64,000 nt of DNA from Lytechinus pictus (lineage: Eukaryota): assembly GCF_037042905.1 (NCBI RefSeq), contig NC_087252.1, forward strand, positions 10,604,001 through 10,668,000, given 5' to 3'. Of the stretch, positions 63,701 to 64,000 are shown one piece after another; position 1 is the first letter of the stretch, and each line of letters starts with the position of its first letter. Under the pieces are notes generated by a model that had not been told where the DNA came from, ran no database searches, and was given only the letters and a program-made list of their open reading frames with translations. A program made the translations under genes and the position numbers.

Positions 63701-64000
63701 CAATATTATCCCCTCTATTAACTTCAGCTCCATGACTGACGAGATGTTTGGCTAAATCAAGATGACCATTCTCAGCAGCACTGTGTAATGCAGTCCCACC
63801 AGTCATATACTGTGTATTCACTTCAGCTCCTAGATGGATGAGATATTTGGCGACAGCAAGATGACCATTCTGAGCTGCAAGATGTAATGCAGTCCTACCA
63901 ATATTATCCCCTCTATTCACTTCAGCTCCTTGACTGGCGAGATATTTGGCTACATCAAGACGATCAATCTTAGCTGCTATATGTAATGCAGTCCTACCAA
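42646..64000 (-). CDS. Gene A (5' end outside window): ankyrin-repeat, ZU5, UPA and multiple death-domain protein, ANK(n)-ZU5-UPA-DDx4-ZU5-UPA-DD
   Basis: Manual splice model, all GT-AG, phase-consistent, no internal stop: 64000-63225, 61187-61005, 59945-59788, 59302-59268, 58405-58073, 57697-57450, 56972-56844, 56744-56582, 56315-56282, 55890-55622, 53848-53818, 53147-52879, 52463-52356, 50279-49962, 49671-49423, 49322-48987, 48442-48225, 47141-47007, 46548-46395, 45635-45602, 45077-44785, 42713-42646. Confidence 0.85.
43021..44423. mobile_element. ~1.4-kb non-autonomous TIR element in the last intron of gene A
   Basis: CGACCGCACAGAAGCGTTGTTAGC versus reverse complement of GCTAACAGCGTTTCTGTGCGGCCG; CTAACA-type subterminal repeats. 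Confidence 0.65.
44785..45077 (-). CDS. Gene A exon: death domain 5
   Basis: LIETLADVI...LGRHLGYS..VKKYF...FVDMLSDWRRR...LYQALKDAGL; phase 2 to 1. Confidence 0.8.
45602..45635 (-). CDS. Gene A 34-nt linker micro-exon (module 2)
   Basis: TTTCTTTCAG|...|GTAAGT, phase 1 to 2, same length and phases as 56282-56315. Confidence 0.75.
45660..45722 (+). repeat. (TAG)n microsatellite
   Basis: Direct reading. Confidence 0.9.
46395..46548 (-). CDS. Gene A exon: UPA-like region 2, C-terminal part
   Basis: IHIKSVLSGHQSTPLKFVLQF...FNITME; phase 0 to 1. Confidence 0.75.
47007..47141 (-). CDS. Gene A exon: UPA-like region 2, middle
   Basis: DIIKTELDSSVPYCQVEEGFKFSIG...; phase 0 to 0. Confidence 0.75.
48225..48442 (-). 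CDS. Gene A exon: end of ZU5 2 and start of UPA-like region 2
   Basis: GKFGRR...IEFCTRHIEVLAV...LTCLVFQP...LHVYITYP; phase 1 to 0. Confidence 0.8.
48731..48908. mobile_element. Palindromic MITE family 1, diverged copy 4
   Basis: GTGTTTCATAA...CACAAGAAAGGATCACCAGTCGT...CTTACGAACAGCCTTATGAAACACCC. Confidence 0.65.
48987..49322 (-). CDS. Gene A exon: ZU5 domain 2
   Basis: GIIDHKGQRVTLDELGITVSIPEGAIP...VLITPVLE...LLKPASIVLPHC, a canonical ZU5 pattern; phase 1 to 1. Confidence 0.9.
49423..49671 (-). CDS. Gene A exon: death-domain-like 4
   Basis: EIAKLI...LIRHLGV...ALQMLIEW...RERLLAIAQAF; phase 1 to 1. Confidence 0.75.
49962..50279 (-). CDS. Gene A exon: death-domain-like 3
   Basis: EELSSVAHQV...SLGKALRI...AMQILLMW...LHELL; phase 1 to 1. 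Confidence 0.75.
50292..51099. mobile_element. Tc1/mariner-type MITE, copy 2
   Basis: TA|CAGTGCGTCCCAGAAAAAACGAAACCGAG...CTCGGTTTCGTTTTTTCTGGGACGCACTG|TA. Confidence 0.9.
52356..52463 (-). CDS. Gene A exon: acidic linker
   Basis: TATTTTTCAG|...|GTAAGC, 108 nt, phase 1 to 1, EEDTTTVLKQTVVEMTKPNELESDLEKMEIIDFSET. Confidence 0.75.
52879..53147 (-). CDS. Gene A exon: death domain 2
   Basis: EIPDKTLLHLSRKI...YFETGIKLGLTSTELEHIK...MMLSKWK; 269 nt like the DD1 exon; phase 2 to 1. Confidence 0.85.
53144..53363. mobile_element. CACTC-ended MITE (EnSpm/CACTA-like termini, TA duplication)
   Basis: TA|CACTCTAAAAACAAATCAGTCAAA...TTTGACTGATTTGTGTTAAGAGTG|TA. Confidence 0.85.
53586..53727. mobile_element. 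Small palindromic MITE
   Basis: ACATTTGCTCTATGGCGGCCGTACTGCGAGTCAAAAACAG pairs with CTGTTTTTGACTCGCCGTGCGGCCGCTGTAGAGCAAATGT. Confidence 0.75.
53818..53848 (-). CDS. Gene A 31-nt linker micro-exon
   Basis: TTTTCTGTAACAG|...|GTAAGC, phase 1 to 2, DRCALQASSSG. Confidence 0.7.
54110..54710 (+). repeat. CA-rich degenerate low-complexity repeat (resumes at 55420-55580)
   Basis: Recurrent CACACCCACAT and CATCCTCGT motifs. Confidence 0.8.
54860..55300 (+). mobile_element. Decayed CR1/L2-group LINE ORF2 C-terminal fragment
   Basis: PILEYGLAAGHP...KLERFQSIATRL resembles the RPxLEYA..W.P...LExVQRRATR motif. Confidence 0.65.
55622..55890 (-). CDS. Gene A exon: death domain 1
   Basis: VLDIAEKM...YYDLGVALGF...LDAIEY...FYDILVKWRQ...EKLISIM; phase 2 to 1. 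Confidence 0.9.
56282..56315 (-). CDS. Gene A 34-nt linker micro-exon (module 1)
   Basis: TTTGTTTGTACAG|...|GTAAGA, phase 1 to 2. Confidence 0.75.
56582..56744 (-). CDS. Gene A exon: UPA-like region 1, C-terminal part
   Basis: VLLLKDVQSRMQHRIVLSV...ISFVIRCS; phase 0 to 1. Confidence 0.8.
56844..56972 (-). CDS. Gene A exon: UPA-like region 1, middle
   Basis: EIQKEEKKQSYHKAHPSIPISI...; phase 0 to 0. Confidence 0.8.
57450..57697 (-). CDS. Gene A exon: end of ZU5 1 and start of UPA-like region 1 (absent from the ORF track)
   Basis: DLPKTSRRR...HLELYILHSANWLVLIP...LLCTPYIPD...VHLRLHTNLPGIDV; phase 1 to 0. Confidence 0.8.
58073..58405 (-). CDS. Gene A exon: ZU5 domain 1
   Basis: ISLDDHGVSMLIPPEAV...CYGVRCDPPNMIFLKPVKIRIPHA; phase 1 to 1. 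Confidence 0.9.
59268..59302 (-). CDS. Gene A 35-nt micro-exon
   Basis: TTTTTTTTTCAG|...|GTAGGA, phase 2 to 1, RLNSLEDIKSYR. Confidence 0.75.
59788..59945 (-). CDS. Gene A exon: final ankyrin repeat
   Basis: LVFHLLENGAKIDVEDKSGKLPIHYAKDEVVKQMI; phase 0 to 2. Confidence 0.85.
60240..60745 (+). mobile_element. L2/CR1-group LINE 3' remnant
   Basis: Translates to IKYAGAKVWNELPNNLQNS..SF, a typical ORF2 tail, followed by a UTR-like stretch ending GAATAAATAAAA. Confidence 0.6.
61005..61187 (-). CDS. Gene A exon: ankyrin repeat (absent from the ORF track)
   Basis: FHHAIQGGHTSDVEDLVNHGADLNVQSADGQTCLHEAIKL; 183 nt, phase 0 to 0. Confidence 0.85.
63225..64000 (-). CDS. Gene A: 3' part of large ankyrin-array exon (continues beyond window)
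   Basis: Open frame of GRTALHxAAxNGHL repeats, then linker, donor TCCGAG|GTAAGA. Confidence 0.9.

Noticed and set aside
42646..64000. Calling gene A an ankyrin (ANK1/2/3), UNC5 or PIDD orthologue
   Set aside because: Single rather than tandem ZU5 per module, several DDs, a duplicated cassette and a homogenised ANK exon do not match those genes; no symbol assigned.

Overview
AT-rich, intron- and MITE-rich animal genomic DNA. The repeat families and ankyrin style suggest a sea urchin or other invertebrate deuterostome (inference). Left: a long intron ending in the terminal exon (12097-12282, +) of an acidic/IQ-motif protein resembling the PEP-19/neurogranin/Igloo/Sp17 calmodulin-binding module, then a long 3' region. 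Right: two minus-strand paralogues. Gene A enters at the right edge and can be spliced by hand through 22 phase-consistent GT-AG exons (64000 to 42646, about 1510 aa in the window). Its architecture is ANK(n)-ZU5-UPA-DD-DD-DD-DD-ZU5-UPA-DD, built by duplication of a six-exon ZU5-UPA-DD module. Gene B (32195 to 27224) keeps an intact 824-codon ankyrin-only ORF, is heavily decayed after it, and shows none of the signalling exons. Both genes are followed by a paralogous block carrying the same ~95-bp satellite. Main candidates: a variable ankyrin-array receptor with several death domains plus a possible ankyrin-only decoy, and a MITE that appears to have replaced a splice acceptor of gene A in frame. 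All domain and TE family calls come from reading motifs by eye; no database searches were run.
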